Shown: positions 40,151 to 55,445 of the stretch, in pieces
Layout of the letters: each line of letters starts with the position of its first letter
Numbering within the stretch: position 1 is the stretch's first letter
Assembly (NCBI RefSeq): GCF_002105155.1
Contig: NW_019028988.1
Coordinates: 310,001 to 374,000 of the forward strand
From: Lobosporangium transversale
Lineage: Eukaryota
DNA length: 64,000 nucleotides
Direction: 5' to 3'
Notes under the pieces: generated by a model
The model's database searches: none
What the model saw: only the letters and a program-made list of their open reading frames with translations
Told to the model about the DNA's origin: nothing
Made by a program: the position numbers and the translations under genes

Positions 40151-42860
40151 ATGTCCTTCTCTGACCACAGCGAGGATTCACACTCTCAGGACAATCTGCA
40201 GGCCCACAGCTCACATGCAGTTGAGCCATACACAGCTTTTACCACCATTCCTCGTGCAGCACCGGGAACCCCTTGCTGCAGTGTGAGCACACTTTTGCAC
40301 CAGCCTCATACTTCACTCTTTGTCACTTCAGCCACCAAAGTTGCAGACGGACTCACCGCTAGTTCTTATGTTGCTTACACTATCAAGCTCGGAGTAAGGA
40401 CATTATGTACCCATTGAAGGACCACGTCGTCGTGTCGATGTGCAGGCAAGCAATGCAATTTTCTTTAAAAAAAAAAAAAAAAAACTGACGTAAAACGGAA
40501 TTGTGTCTTTAGGACAATGAGGTCAGGAGACGCTACTCAGAATTTGAATCACTGAGGAAGGTGCTCTGTAGGATTTATCCAACGTTAATTGTGCCGCCCA
40601 TTCCAGAGAAGCATACTATTTGTAAGTGCCCTAACACTCACAGCTACATACTTTTTTAGCGACACAAGAAGCAAAAGAATTTTACGACAAACGGTTGGAA
40701 AAGAGCAGGGAGAGGGAGACTTTTCCTTTTCGCTCGTATCACAAATCTCACGCTGGATTAGTATCGTTACTCGCAGGATAACAGGTGCTTTAACAATCCT
40801 CCTTTTCCCCTCTTCCATTACTACTTTATCCCTCAACTATTATTTCTATTTAGCCAACTATGCAAACATTCAGAACAAGAGCAAAGAGGACGCGGTTATC
40901 GTGGAGAAGCGCAAGCGTATGCTTCAGAAGTTCCTGAACAGATTGGCAAAGCATGAGATTTTGTCTTATGAGCACATCTTCCATCGTTTTTTGGAACCGG
41001 ATGTTGCTTGGGTAAAGCATCTGTTTGTCTATTCTATAAATACTATCTTTAAAAATGATATTTAATATGTCCCTGTTCAAATGGCATTAACTTAAGGATT
41101 CTTTCTATCCAACTAACACACGTTCTATTTTGGCGCTAGGCCGAGCTGATGCACTGTCCTCCCATCACCACATTACCTAAGAATCCTTTAAACGCAACAT
41201 TGACAGCTAGTTCATCTTCACTCTCACGACCTAATTCGGCGCATCAACCATCGCCAACGTCGGAGACCAACAATTCAGGGCAGGCAGCCGTTGCGCCTTC
41301 GACATTGAAGCAACCGGACCCTCGATTCATCGATAGTGAAGTCTTTACCCAAAAGTTTGCAAACCAGCTGTCAGGAAGCATGGACCGTAGTCAAAAAAAG
41401 GTCGTCCGCAAACTTGGAGGTACATATTTATTATGCTCACGCCTTACCATGTAATTTGGAAATATTCGATGCCAAAATACCGATGCTGATTCTTGAAACT
41501 GTTTGACCACCATGTCATCTCAGAGATCGCTAGCGATAACTCGGACTTGGGGGCTACTTTGAACGGATTCAGCTTGAACGAGAATAGCTACCCGCCCTTG
41601 TCAAACGCTATTGAGCGACTTGGTCAAGCTGTTGATTCTAGTTTCATGGCTACTACTGAGTTGGTATGTCCTTTGAACATCTTTTCCAAGGATGTAGAGT
41701 TCTGATCGCGAAATATTGTAATTGTGCTTTTACGAGAGACATAATCCGACTTGACCTGTCTATTCATCATTTAGATGCAAGCATTGGAGGTCAATGTAAA
41801 TGAGCCTTTGCAAGAGTATATACAATACGCTAACATCATCAAGGGTATACTAAAATTCAGACACCAGAAACACATTCAGTCCGAGAACACAGCTGATTTG
41901 CTGGAATCTAAGAGGAGCTCTCTGGAAAATCTCGAGAGAATGGAAATTGAGGCCAAGAGAATTGAGGACGCATTGAAGCGTGAACGGTCTGGCACCTCAG
42001 ACAACGCTTTAAATTCAGCTCGCAGCGATTCTTCAGTCCACCAACAGCCGCAACAACATCAGCAAGATAGTCAATCCTCGACCATTGGTGATAATCATTC
42101 GATCTCAGATGAAGGGACATTTACGAACGAGCCCGAGTCCATCACTCCCGCAAGTGAACAGTCTGTAGAGAATTCGGAACCACACAATCCTTATGCACGA
42201 ACGAATAATAGCATGGACACAACTAACCCTTATGCTCAGCTACCTCAACCCAATCCATACGCCCATACTCATGCTCCGCACTCTACCAATGTGAAGCGTA
42301 GAAGCACTCGTCTTAACGTGTTCAGTGCTCTCAGTCATACCATCCATGGCATTATTGATGTGGATCCAGAAGCAACGAGGCGTAACAACATTGGAAAAAC
42401 TCGAGATGCCATCGCGCAGGTATTTTTTTAAAGAAAAGGAAAAAAAAAAGATTGTTTATGCTCCTATGGGACTAGACTGTTGGCCGATTTCTGATCGTTA
42501 TTTCTGCATCTACAAATAATTATTTCAGCTGGAGGAACAGTTGGAGACTACAAACGCAGATTTGGACAACATTTCACGGGCAGTACAAGGGGATTTGGAT
42601 CGCTTTCAGCGTCAGAAAATTAAAGACTTGCGAGATATCTTGCTTGAATACGCTAAGGCACATCAGAGGTGGTGCCAAAAGGTACAACTTTTTTTTTTTT
42701 TTTTTTTTTCTTTTCTTTTTTTTTTTTTAAAAAAAAAGATGGAAGTGTGTCTTTGTTTATCATTATGGTATTAAAAGTTAAAAACATATGGCTCAATTCG
42801 CAATAGAACTTGGGATCATGGAGTGAGGCCAAGGAACTCGTCGAGAATATACCAGTCTAA
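40151..42860 (+). CDS. PX-BAR sorting nexin, Snx41/Atg20 family, about 8 exons
   Basis: PX motifs SYVAYTI|..[13 protein letters not shown]...[10 protein letters not shown] and [19 protein letters not shown] region with [20 protein letters not shown], characteristic of Snx41/Atg20. Confidence 0.9.
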
Positions 42861-42890
42861 AAAAGAACATCAACAGAAGATTGGCTCCGA

Positions 42891-42921
<31 letters not shown>

Positions 42922-43111
42922 CTTTAAAAAGAAAAGAAAGAAAAGAAGAGAAAAGAAAAAGAAAGAAAAATAATTAAATAAATAAATATAAGAATGGAAG
43001 TAAAATTGTCTCTTTTCGTTGACACTTCTTTGTAAGCTTGAGATACTTCTTTACCTTATCAGACTTTTTTTTTTTTTTTTTTTTTTTTGATAAATAGGTA
43101 TTGTTTATCAT

Positions 43112-44240
43112 TTAGACTGTTGTAGAGTCTAAGTACTGCCTGCATGCATTGTATTCCTTATCCGAACTCCAACCTTCCGCCTTCACAATAGTCATAACCA
43201 ACTGTTCTGATCTGCAACCAACTCGGACTAATGCTCTGCCCAAAAATAATCGCAGTGCTCTGCCAGGCGGGGTCACTTTTGCAGACGACAACGCCAATCT
43301 GCGGATGATGGGCTCCAGTTCCTCTTGGCCCTTGTATGCCTGTCCATCAAGGTGGAAAAAAAGGTTGGGTGAAAGCTGAACAATATTTGCAGCCATAGTC
43401 AAGGTTTGTAGCCCCAAATGTTTACAAATCTTGTTCAAAATTGTGAGATCTTCATCTCGGTAAACAAAAATGTGTTGATCACCCAACATGGATGAGTTGA
43501 CAGATCCTGGCCAAATAGCAAAAAGCTCGATACTCGAGAACTCAACCACGATTGCCAACGGCTCAATCTCCGGTGTAGGTTTATAGAGTAAATCCTGTAG
43601 TTCTGGAGATTGAACAAGTGCACGATTCTGCTCGAAAATTTTTTCTTTACCGCTGTTGTCAGTCATAGTAATGTCCTCTTTTTGAGATGGGTTAACGTCT
43701 GTACTGGATCCACCCCCGTTACTTGACCTTAATTGGTTGTTGCTGTTATTATTATCAATCCCACTGCCACTACTACTATCCACAATGGGCTCATCACCAA
43801 ATGCTGAAGGTGTAGAATTCTGTCGGCCAGTATGAGGGTCCTTGACAAACTCACGCCAACCCTTGACCAAAACATGTTTAACTTTGATGTTTTTGAGAAG
43901 CATGGTCACCTCAGGCTTGATCCGCTCCTCAGATCGAGTAGGGAATCCACTGTAAACATATTCTGTGCCCAAGGAAAGCTTCTGGATAAGACTGTTAAGT
44001 TTGAAGTAGCGAGCTTCTTTGAGAAGATTGCTCCGATGGACTTTATCCCGAACCAGAATGTCATATCCTTGTAGATGACTAAGAATATCTCTGAAGAGTT
44101 CTGGTGATCGACTGAAGAAGGTTGGAGTAAGGTTTCGATCTGCGTAAGGTGTAAGAAGTGCAAAAAAGTTGGGAGAGTCGTTTAAAATAGTTTCCCGTGC
44201 AATCTTGAAAACTGTCCCACTCACGTTTATGAACCTTTGC

Positions 44241-44271
<31 letters not shown>

Positions 44272-44796
44272 AAGTGAATAAGTGAAAGAAAAGAAAACAA
44301 AAGAAAGCAAGGAAAAGAAAAGGAGTGCTTACATCGTCTGACGCAGGTTTTCGATTAGACGTCTCAGATTATAGAAGTGTGCATCCATTATTAGATTCTC
44401 TAGATGAACTTCGTCCCGGGCAGCAACATAATAGCCTTGCATATGCTTGACAATATCTCGGAAAACATCTGGATTGCGATCAACATGTAGTGTCCGCGTC
44501 AAATATTCATTGCGGCTTGGATTGTTGAAGACTGAAACGTATCCATAGATTAAAAGAAAAAAGAAAAAGGGCGTGTTGCACAAATGTTAATATAGAGCAA
44601 AGGACAGATCTACAGCTTCATTTGAAGACTGTGAGTTCTTACTTTCAGAAAAAAAATTAGGGGTATCATATTGGATTGCGGTCATAGTAACCCGAAAACT
44701 TTCTCCAGAGACCACAATTGTATAGAATGACGCTGGATCAAGCGCAGACAAAGGTGGTAGCGGTCGCGGCGCTGGAGAACTAGATATATGGGACAT
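43112..44796 (-). CDS. Tandem BTB/POZ-domain protein, 3 exons
   Basis: Two KCTD-type BTB copies: YTIVVSGESF...DTPNFF...DRNPDVFRDIVKHMQGY and FINVSGTVF...DSPNFF...SRSPELFRDILSHLQGY. Confidence 0.85.
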
Positions 44797-47105
44797 GTCT
44801 AAAATAAAGAAAAAAAGTTGTATTCAGTAGTTCTAGTTGGAATTTCGTGGAGTCTTTTTATTTATATTATTCAATATTATGGTTTTTCTTTTTTCTTTTC
44901 TTTTCATTTTTTTTAAAAAAAAGCATACGGGAATGTAAAGTTCTACTGCTTGTAAAGATGATGTCTGCGAGATGAGAAGGAATCAAGCTTCCTTTTACAC
45001 ACGAAAAGTATATGCACTTGACTGAACTTGATTAATCAAGCATGGCTACTCTGATAGTGGCTTAAAAAACGCGACATTTTTAGCTACAAGACCTGATTCG
45101 CCACCACTTTTATCTGCGTGGTCAGAAGTAGCTCTGAGATGTAGACAATAATAGGTTTGATGGGGCAATCGCTTTGATTTTAGCCATGACGACTTGAAGC
45201 GCCGCAGAATCTCTTAGATTAGTTTATTTGGAGGCATGTCAGCTCTCATCCATCCTCATTTTGGCATCATATCGCCTACGAATATCTTTAAGAAGACGTG
45301 TTACTTATAGAGCCATACAAATCCCTATTACAGACATCAACTGAATTCATTTCTGAGTGGGACTTGAATATATGGTAGATATGAGCGGAATAACTTACAA
45401 TATAGATCCAATTGCCTCTGTTTCAATGCAGACAATCTCTTGAGCTACGATTGTGTTAAGGTAAACATCTCCTTTGGTTGAGGTCAGGGCCCAACTAAGA
45501 ATCCAGGCTTTTTGACGGTCGACATGCGACCGTAAAGTTGACAACGGAAGCAAGCATCTTTAATTTACCACTCAACTCACAAAGGAGACTACAGCACACG
45601 CACTAATCCAAGTTCGCAAATTAGTTAGTAGCGCCGCCCCTGTAATTACCTTTGAGTCCCTTGCCAATTTCCACTTTGCCATAGCGAATCTGTATGAGCG
45701 CAATAGTGTACTGGAATAAACCTCGTCTCAGCGCTGGCCAATGGTGTATCTTAATGGGGGCTATTCTTTCACCCCTCTGCCAATGAGCAGAAGGAAGCGA
45801 GAGATTAATCACTTCAAGGGGAATGAGGTATCAAATGGTTTTATGAAAGGAACATTCACAGGCTTGCATCTCTTCAGGTGCTTTGTTTACATTTCTCGAT
45901 GTGCTTCGTGTGATTTTTGTATGAACAAAGCAAAAAAGGTCTTTCTGTGGCCTTAACTGATGACTGTTCGCCATCGTCGAAGGTTAAGGATGATGACAGA
46001 CTGATCATCTATTGCAGGTGCAATACGAAGCATGATGCATTTTAATAAACATCCTTGATTTTCTGCTCGATCTTTCTTTGGTAAAAAGATTGTGTCGGGC
46101 TGTGCATTGGAATAATTCTTCAAGGCGCCGTTTTTTGTGTTGACTAGTCCTATCTTGCGCAGCGCAGTCAGATCTGGATCCCTTAGTCCAATAGCAAAGA
46201 AAGGCTGTCCTACTACAAACATGCAACGCGTCCTCGACTTTTTGTTTCTTCAGGTCAATAAAGAAAACTTTCTTTTTTTTTATTCTTGCGAGATAAAAAG
46301 TATATTTATAAGAAATGATGACAAAAGAACCGACTGGGCTCCGATTTGTATATCTGTCTGACTTTTATGATACCTATCACGCCCGTAGTTTGCATTCATT
46401 TGCCCAATGTACGTCTAGATACGCAGTCAATACCTTTTCTATATATTTATGTCTATTAATTGACTGGTTCTCATCAATCTATGAAAATATGAAAGAGAGC
46501 AGTACACATGGTGCCTCATTGTTCTATTTTTTAAATGGCTGGTATACCGGTTTATTGACTTATCGTTTACACTTCGTGCTGTCTGAAGAAAGAAAAGCAA
46601 TACGAGGAGAGGGATGGAGTGAGCGGAGGAGATATACATGTACTGTGAGGGTAGAAAGTTGTTATCTAAGTCGTCACTGCTTTGTGTTGGGAGAGCCATG
46701 CTTCTTAGGGTGAATCGCTGCCAGAGCATTTTAAAAGGAAGAAGTTTAGTGGAGCGTTCACTTGAACGACTAGAAAAGCTAAAAGGAACGTGGGGCATCA
46801 ACAACAACAACAACAGCCTCCTTTCTCTCCTGTGCTCGTTCATTCAGTAGACTTTCTCCCTCTCTCTCTGTTTCATTTTCACCTTTGCTCCTCCCCTCTC
46901 AAACTTAACACCCAAATAAGAAGGCTATTTTCTTTTTTCTTTTTTTTTTCCAGTTTCATTCCCTTGTACTTCATCCGACCCGCAACTTGCACACACACGC
47001 ACACAGACTCTCAATACCTAATTCCCTCTCCCGTCATCCTCGTTGTTAATTACCATCTGACTAGCCTTGACAACCCTGTATTCCTTCTCAATATCGCTCA
47101 TCATT

Positions 47106-50100
47106 ATGACAAAACATACTTCTACGGTTATGGCTACTCCAGATTCCCGTCCTGCGCGGCACATGTCAGAATCTGACCATGAAGACGACCATGACCACGA
47201 GATGGACCATGAAGACAATGACATTGATGATTCTCAACAATATCTTGGAGGCGCTAGCAGTAGTGGATCTACTCCCATCAAACGTAAAAGGCTCACTCAA
47301 GCATGCGACCCTTGTCGAAAGAAAAAGATCAAGTGCGGTAAGGTTTGCTCCTCCAACTATATTCATTTTTTGTTTCTACTGGGCTGGTGATCCCAAACCT
47401 GGAATAATAAAGTTACGTTAATGTGTATGTGTACTCTCTTCCCATTTTTGTGATCTGTTTGCTCTAATCTTGAATAAATAGATGGTATCAAGCCTAGTTG
47501 TGCCAACTGCGCGAAACTCGACATCCATTGCACATATCTACCCTCAATGAAAAAGCGCGGTCCACGTCAAGGATACATCGAATTGCTCGAGAAGAGACTC
47601 GATAAGATGGAAAAGATGTTACAACATGGTCCTGCCGTTATCGATACAGATTTCATAGATTCAAATATCTCCAATCGCCGGCGAGGATCTCTCTCAGATG
47701 GTGATAGTGAGACTACTGAGACATCCTGTAGTCGACAAGAGTTATCTGATCCAAGGTATTTTGGCAATACCTCACCCCTATCACATTATGATAATCAAAA
47801 GGCACTCACTCACCCAATGCTTCACAGCCAACATACCAAACTACGACCAGATCAAAGCCCTCTGACCAGGACAAAGAGACCTATCTACGGTATCAAGGAT
47901 GAGGTCCCACGTAAAGACATCCTCGATCATCTTATTCAGCTCTTCTTCGATTCAGTTTACTACCAATTCCCCGTCATTCACCCTGGATCATTCATGAAGC
48001 AATATCGCGAGGGCAAAGTCTCACCCAATCTACTCAATGCGCTCTGTGCGGGCGTCGCTCGATTCTCGAATCACCCCGATGTTGTTACCACCCCATCATT
48101 TCTGGCTGGCGAGCCTTTCGCCACTAATGTTAGAGCATCATTGATTGATTCTGTGGATGTACCTACAGTCTCAAATGTTCAAGCGCTGCTATTCTTATCC
48201 ATGTTTGAATATGGGGCTGCCAGAGGCCCGAGAGCATGGATGTTTGGTGGCATGGCTATCCGCATGGCGCAGGAACTCGGCTTGAATCGTGAGGACAGTA
48301 GTCCGGTGTTTAACCTCAAGGGTGATTGGGTACTGCGCGAAACAAGAAGGAGGACCTTTTGGGCCTGCTTCATTATGGATGTGCTTGCATCATCATCATC
48401 GGGTCGACCAAGGATGATCGATGAGCGGGATTGCGAGGTACTGTTGCCAAGTGAAGACAATGCCTGGCATGAAGCTCGACCTGTCGTTACAGAGATGTTG
48501 GAGGAGGAGAATGATTCCGAGGGACTTTCCTCAGTGAAACATGAGACAGATGCAGATGATACAGGCTCAAATAATGCACCAGATTCTTGGCCTGGGACAT
48601 CAACTAAAAAGAATGGCTCTAGCAGTGCCCAACCATCAAAAGAAGACGAAGCAAGTCAAAAATGCCATAGTCTGAGCTCGTTTGCATATCTGATTCGTAT
48701 CCTTGCAATACTCGGTAAAGTCTCACAATACGTGAATCGCCCGCGAACTAAAAAGTCAATTCCACCAAACGAGCCAGGATCTGAATTCGCCATTATCGAT
48801 GCTGCTCTGGCTGCATGGCTCCAGTCAGTTCCATCTCAATTTGGCTATTCACCGGATAACACCAGGATGCTGAAGGATAGAGGCGAAGGGTGTATCATCA
48901 TCTTTATGCATGTCGTGTACCATACTTCTGTAGTTTTACTTCACCGACCTATCCTTGCTGCTGACAAAGCTAGTTTTCCTATGGACCCCGAATTTGTCGA
49001 AAACTCTACTAAACGTTGCGCTGAAGCTGCGGCCAAAGTATCAGAGGTACTTGAATTTGTTACTGCACAGAATTATCCTCCACGGATCTATATCTCGTCG
49101 TTTTTCGCCTATCCCGTCTTCACTACTGCCACAATGTAAGTTACTGGATACCTTATATTATATATTTTTATAATCACTGATCATTGGCATTGATTCTTTT
49201 TTCTTTGGTAATCTGACTTGCTTTGAATGTATTGATTCCGAACACGCTCTGTAGTCATATCACGAATGCTTTTGCATCCGATCCTGCCATTGCAGCAAAA
49301 GCTCGACGTAACCTTAGCATCCATGTTAAGATTTTGCAGACCATGAAGACATATTGGGCCATGGCTGACAAATTTTTCTACATCATTCGTGATCTATACT
49401 CCATTCAATCCAAAATAAGTTCATCTGCTAATGGTGGCATAATTGTACCACAAGTCGTGTCTCACAATCCGTATAGCTCTAGCCGCAATTATGCAGCAGA
49501 TAGTGAAGTTAATCCGACGAAGAACAAAGAAGCCTCTCGGACCCGTGGCAAAAATGGCAAAAATGACGAGTCTAGTCGTGCTGGGTTAGAGGGTGATTCA
49601 CCCGCGCCGCGCATGGTGGTCAACAGTAAGCTGGCCTCTATTAGCTCCTTCTTGAAAAGTGATTCCGGATTGATTGCGCTCTGGCGTCGCGCAACTGAGA
49701 TGCAGGTTATTGACGAAGCGAATCAACAAAAGCGGCGAATCTTAGCCACAGAGGATACCAATAAAAACCAGTCTAGTACTTCGCAAATTGACAATACAAA
49801 AGATCAAGAGGAAAAAGAACAAAAGGAGCGCCTTCAACGCATGAACCAGCTCGAGATACAAGAGATTAATCAAGAATTCGAGCGACAGCGAAAGGCAAAG
49901 ATGTTGGAGGAACAACAGCAGCAGGTACTTAGTAACAAGGATTGTGAGACCTCGGAGTCTCAATTAGTAGAGAAGCGGCAGGCTGAAGACAACGAGCCTT
50001 CACATCTTCGAGCTTCTAAGCAGGCCAGAGTTACTAAGACTCTAGTCGCAACCGCAACCGTAGCCACAGCTCCGCAGCCATCACATGCTCCAAACCAAAC

Positions 50101-51538
50101 ACCTCTCTCAAACTTATCTTCCGTTGGATCCCTTGACGGCAGTGCTAATCCTACATGGTCTCCAGGGCTTGAGCAAAGTCCAGCACAACCCATGACTCCG
50201 CTAAAATCGAACTCTAATAGTAACATGACATACCGACACACCGTGCTTCAGGGGCCAGATCAGCTTCAACAGTTTCAAGGACGGGAAGGCTACATCATGC
50301 AGCCATTGCTGGTTCAGACAAGCGTACCGTCTTTAGCCTCGGCTGCTAAATCCGATATGAATCAACACTTGTTGAACGTATATACGCAACAGCATCAACA
50401 GCAAGAGGCTTTATCCCAAGCCATTGATATGAGACAAAATGCCAACATCCAAAAGCAACAGCAGCGACTCCAGCAACAGCGGCAGCAGGCTCCAGTATCA
50501 TCGTCTTTAGCATTTGGGCCGCCTGGAGGCTTAAACACCTCACTCATTCCCTCAGTATCGGCATCGGTCCAACAGCAGCAAATGGCCCAATACCAACCTC
50601 AACACCAGCATCAACAACGGCATCAACATCAACATCATCAACAACCAGGAATGGCCCCTGGGTCAGGGTTTGGCCCCCCATTGGTGTATGGTAGCAGCTA
50701 CAGCCATAACCAGTCTTCAAGGGCGCAAGCAGAGATGGCAGATTCAATCTTTGACTTTGCTATGCCTCTGGGTGATTTGAACTTTTTGTCAAGTTCATTC
50801 CAAATGACTCCTATGATGATGCACCAAAACTCTATCAATAATAACAGCAGTGTCAGCAGTAGTGCTGCTATAGGGGTCAGTACGTCATTATCGACTATAC
50901 CTTTACGCTCTGCACACGGACCACTGACAGCAGATACGAACTCTTCACCGTCTGCACCCAGTCCTGTAGGCTCAACGACCTCATCCTCAGCGGCATCCAT
51001 GCTTATGCCAGGTCCTGAGCCAAGTACGGATCTTTCGCCTGTTAGGGGTCGCGCTGCATCCGATTCTAAGAGCCCGCCGACTTCTACTCAAAACAATATA
51101 TCACCAGGACTTCATTCGTTCATGATGTCGGACGAGGCGTTCTCTGATATGCAGTCAACTCCGGATTCGCTGGTTCGATATCTAAACATTCACCATGAGC
51201 AGCTGCGCCAAGAAATGCAGCTACAGCAACAGGATATTCATCCTGTTCTGAACCAGCAAAACTCGCTCATCTATGATGACTATTTTCATTTGAGTCAACT
51301 CTTGCCTAATACAGCAAATTTAACGCAGCAAGGGCAGTTGGCGGCATTGCATCATTTACAAACACAGCAACACCAACAGCTGCTCCAGCAACAACAGCAG
51401 CAAGCTCGGCAAAAGCAACTTCAGCCGCTCCAGCAGCAGCAGCAACAACAACAGCCTATGACGACTATGAGAATGGAGATGGATACTTCAATTGTTGGTC
51501 GTCCCTCTGTTCATACATCTATTCCCTCATTCCAATAG
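47106..51538 (+). CDS. Zn(II)2Cys6 fungal transcription factor with fungal TF middle homology region, 3 exons
   Basis: ACDPCRKKKIKC|DGIKPSCANCAKLDIHC; GMAIRMAQELGLNRE...ETRRRTFWACFIMD; Q-rich C-terminus. Confidence 0.93.
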
Positions 51539-51754
51539 ACAACTCTGCATAACTTCTATATGCCTCACGTATATCTGTACCATAAGCCATTCCATTGTTG
51601 AAGCACTAAACCACTTGTATTATCATTTATACACTGATATCAGTCTTAAATTGTATATGTATATTAGACTATGAGGCTATATTTTTTTTTTTCTTCATGT
51701 TTGACTATGATAAATGGCATGGGTAGATAGTGTGGCAATCATGGATCATATTAC

Positions 51755-54352
51755 TTAATAGCGGACACCCTAGATTGATGGATCATAGCAAGAAGACGTA
51801 AGGGATTAGCAAGTAAGCAAGCAAGAAAAAAAAAAAAAAAAAAAAAAAAAAACCAATTGTATTCATACCTGAACAACCTCAGGCCAAGTGAGGCGGATCT
51901 GCTCGAAAAGTTCGGGCTTAGTCCTAGCCAAAGCAGCAGGGTCCTCCGCCAGGCAAACAAAGGTGGTAGCCACACCACTGTCGATAACTGTGCCAACTGT
52001 GAAGACGATCTGGAGACCCATCACAAACCCCATGATTACAATTATATACGTAAACTGACCTCCACTATTGAATGAAGGCTCTGCAATGCGCATGTACAAA
52101 TAACTTGCTAATCCTGAGAGAACGCCACCCAAGATGGCGGCCATGCTCCAAACATTGCCAATGAGATTGTCGTTGATGATCTGCTCCACACCACGGTCCT
52201 GTAAAATGGTCCATGTATCCTTGGCAGCCTGGATGTATGGCTTTCCGTAGATAGCAACTTGAGCAAACGCATATTTGTTGATAAATTCTGCAATACCCTG
52301 AATACAGGCTAATATGCAGTCGATCAAGCAAGCAATAAACGCCATGATGCCGTCGCTATCTCCGCGAGCCATGTTGGCAATTGCACGAAGGGTCTGAATG
52401 ACGGCGATGATGAGTGATCCGAAGCAGATACTACCGATCGAGGTGGTGCAGGATCGTTTTAAACTTTCAATTGTAGGGGACTTTGTCATTCCTTGAGGAG
52501 ATCCCTTCATAAAGTAATAAGTCGCATAAACACCACAGACAGTCGTGTGGACAATGTTGGCAAGCACTTGTGAGGTCCAGTAAAAAGAGAAGAAGCAGAA
52601 GACAATGAGGACCTGGAGCTTAGCGGGAGCTGAGCGGGTGACAGGGTCATAGTAGAGATCGTATGTGCCTGCAATGACTGTCATGAAGTAAATCGAATAT
52701 GCAATTTGCAAAAACAGACCCAAGAAGGCAAGGGCAAAGGTTGCGGGGTATTCTTTGGAAATTGCGGTAACAGTCGAGAGCATCACACTATGAGGATAAT
52801 ACGAACGGTATAATTCATTAGAGTCTGTATGTTCCAATAACTCTATATTTGAACTCCACTATCGCCACTATTTTTTGTTGTAGTCAATTTAAGATAGTGG
52901 CGAAAGTTATTCCGGAATCCTGCAAGGATATAAAACATCAGAGCTCATCCAATCATTCAATCCGCAAATGCTAAGATACATGGATCCAGAAACATAATTT
53001 TGTCTTGGTCTTCCACAGCCACTCAGTCTTAAGCTTTGAGGAGGATGTGTGGTCAAGAAATATGGTGGGAGGAACTTAGCCTTGTGGTAAGTTGACAAAT
53101 ATCTTTCTTTTAACAAACAAATGATGTACACAAATGATGTATACAGATGATGGAATAACTATGTATTCATTTGTTGATCAACTAAGTTTTGTAGCATGAG
53201 GAAGATGGTGAAAATAAAAATAACTCGATGTTCATACATCAATGCTCATTCGTGAATTACAACAAGTCCATTGGATTCGTTGAAGAGATGAAAAGTCTTG
53301 GTTACAGTGGTAGCTGTATCGTTAGTGCTGTAGTAAAAAGTACATATCGATTGCTGTAGTTCACAAACATTAAACTCCCCCGTTCTCAAAAAAAAAAAAG
53401 GTTTTCAACTTTGTCTGGTGCCTGAATTGCAGTTATTGGGATTTGTCTTACTATTCTCACTCATACTTCCGCCTTTTTCCTCCTGAAATCCAAAATAGAA
53501 TTAAGTGTCCAATCTTTTCTCTGCTGAAATAATACATGTGCTCATGCTAATGTCTAACCCGTTGACCTGATGATACCACTATGTAATCATTTCATTACCT
53601 TGCAAAAGGAATGCGGCTTTTCCAGTAGAACCACATCGTGGCATAGAGGACTCCAAAAATCAGTCCAATAATACCAGCAAACCAGATGCGGAGGTAGAGG
53701 TAGTAGAGCGCAACTGCAAGGTAGAGGATGATACTCAATGCAAATGTGACCTACATTGAGAAAAGATGATATCAGCATCAGCATCTAATACAAGTTGTCT
53801 TTTTTTTTTTTTTTTTTTTTTTGCCAACTCCCGGCTACGAACCTTGATAACCTGACGAGGAAAGGCTTGGGTTAAGAAGTAGTAAGCAACACTAAAGATG
53901 GCACCAACAGCAATCGAGATGAACAACGTAATCAAGCCACTTGTCGTAAAGAAGCCTAACAGAGGTCCACCGCCAGCTCTGCCTCCATTGCTATTACGAT
54001 GGTCAATGACGTTGCGGATTGCAAAGTAAGAGAGGACGACAAAACCAGCGAGTTGAACCAAGAAAAGAACGAATGCCCAAAGGTCGTTATATTTAGGTTT
54101 TGGATTGAATTTTGAAGGAAGGCCTGTATCAGGATTTATGGAGCCATCATATGATGGAAGTGTGGGCTGGCCCTGAGGAGCAAAGTATTGCTGGTTATTT
54201 TGTGGTGGAGGTGGCTGCAGATTCCATTGTGGCTGTCCCTGTTGGGGTGGATAGTAAGGCTGAGGTTGTGCGCCATACTGGTAGGGTTGCTGTGGGCTAG
54301 GGGGATACTGATGTTGTGGGAAAGGTTCGTTTGGAGGAGGATATTGAGCCAT
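51755..54352 (-). CDS. PNS1: Pns1 / choline-transporter-like (CTL/SLC44) membrane protein, 4 exons
   Basis: P/Q-rich N-terminus, PKYNDLWA, FSFYWTSQV..N..H, TTSIGSICFGSL, NKYAFAQVAIYGKPYIQAAKDTW. Last exon GVRY*. Confidence 0.92.
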
Positions 54353-54698
54353 AGTGTAGTATTGCTATCCCTTTGCGGGAGTGTGTATAAATGGAAGTGA
54401 ATGTGGTATGAGGAAGGAAAGTAGAGAAGGAAAAATAAAAAAGAAGACACGAGCCGTAACTTATTTTTAAAATAAAGATGAACTTTTGGATTTCAACAAT
54501 GGAGTGGCTCAGCTTAGTGGAACGTCCGTCATTCATTGTTCCCTTACGCCCTGCCCTTTAGTTTTTCCTATCTTGTCCCGTGGCTGTTGTTCTTTAGTGT
54601 CCATCATCATGGTAGATGTTTGGTTATTTTTAAAACTGTTCGATTTTGCTCCATCATTTATTAAGTTGTTCTATTGTCTGATCGTAACGCTTGCGTAT

Positions 54699-55445
54699 TC
54701 AAGTTTCTTGCAATCGCAGTATCATGCCTTTGACTCGTTCACGGATCACATCATTCGCACACTCGATCGACTCGGACACATATGGCGGGTGTACATGGAC
54801 ACTATTCATAATATGTATAACCTTGTCGTCGGCTGTGCTCTCGACCGGAATGCACTTCTACCATATTCATTTTCAAAAAAGAGTTATAAGTTGAAATATC
54901 TCGGTTTATTTAGGAATTTACAACCATTTAATCATGTTCTTCTTTCATACTGTACGTAGCATGGCTACCAGTCTGTTCTTGCGAGACTGAATATCTGCAG
55001 GATCGTAGAGTTTGCGTGAAATATGGGCAATGGAATCCATCTCTTCCAAAGTTAGACGACCAAGTCCTTTATTATCTATCATGCATAGTCCGAAATATAT
55101 TATTAGTTCATGTCAAATCGGTCATTTTTTGTGTCTCATTCTGTAATAAAATATAATACCTTGAAATTCCAAGTCCTTCATAGCATGCATTCGTACCGCC
55201 ACCATAGTCCAAACACTACCCAATACGCTTCGCTCATTTGAAGGAATGGAGGGCTGCCGCTCTTGGGAACGCTCCTGGTGATAACGCTGTTGTTGAAGAA
55301 TAAGTACAGTACGTGTTTCTGGGTCGACAGTGTAAAGATATCCTGAATACATCTTTTCATTGAGCATTGTGACGTTACAGAAGCTTCCAAGTTGGACGTA
55401 AATCTCTCGTAGAGTGTTTCGGAATAATTGCCATTCTTCGTTCAT
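54699..55445 (-). CDS. Gemin6-like protein (Sm-like fold + AD domain), 3 exons
   Basis: YSGYLYTVDPETRTVLIL (Sm-like), IQSRKNRLVAMLRT|KCIPV, VHPPYVSESIECANDVIRERVKGMI* (Gemin6/Lsm12 AD-domain pattern). Confidence 0.75.
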
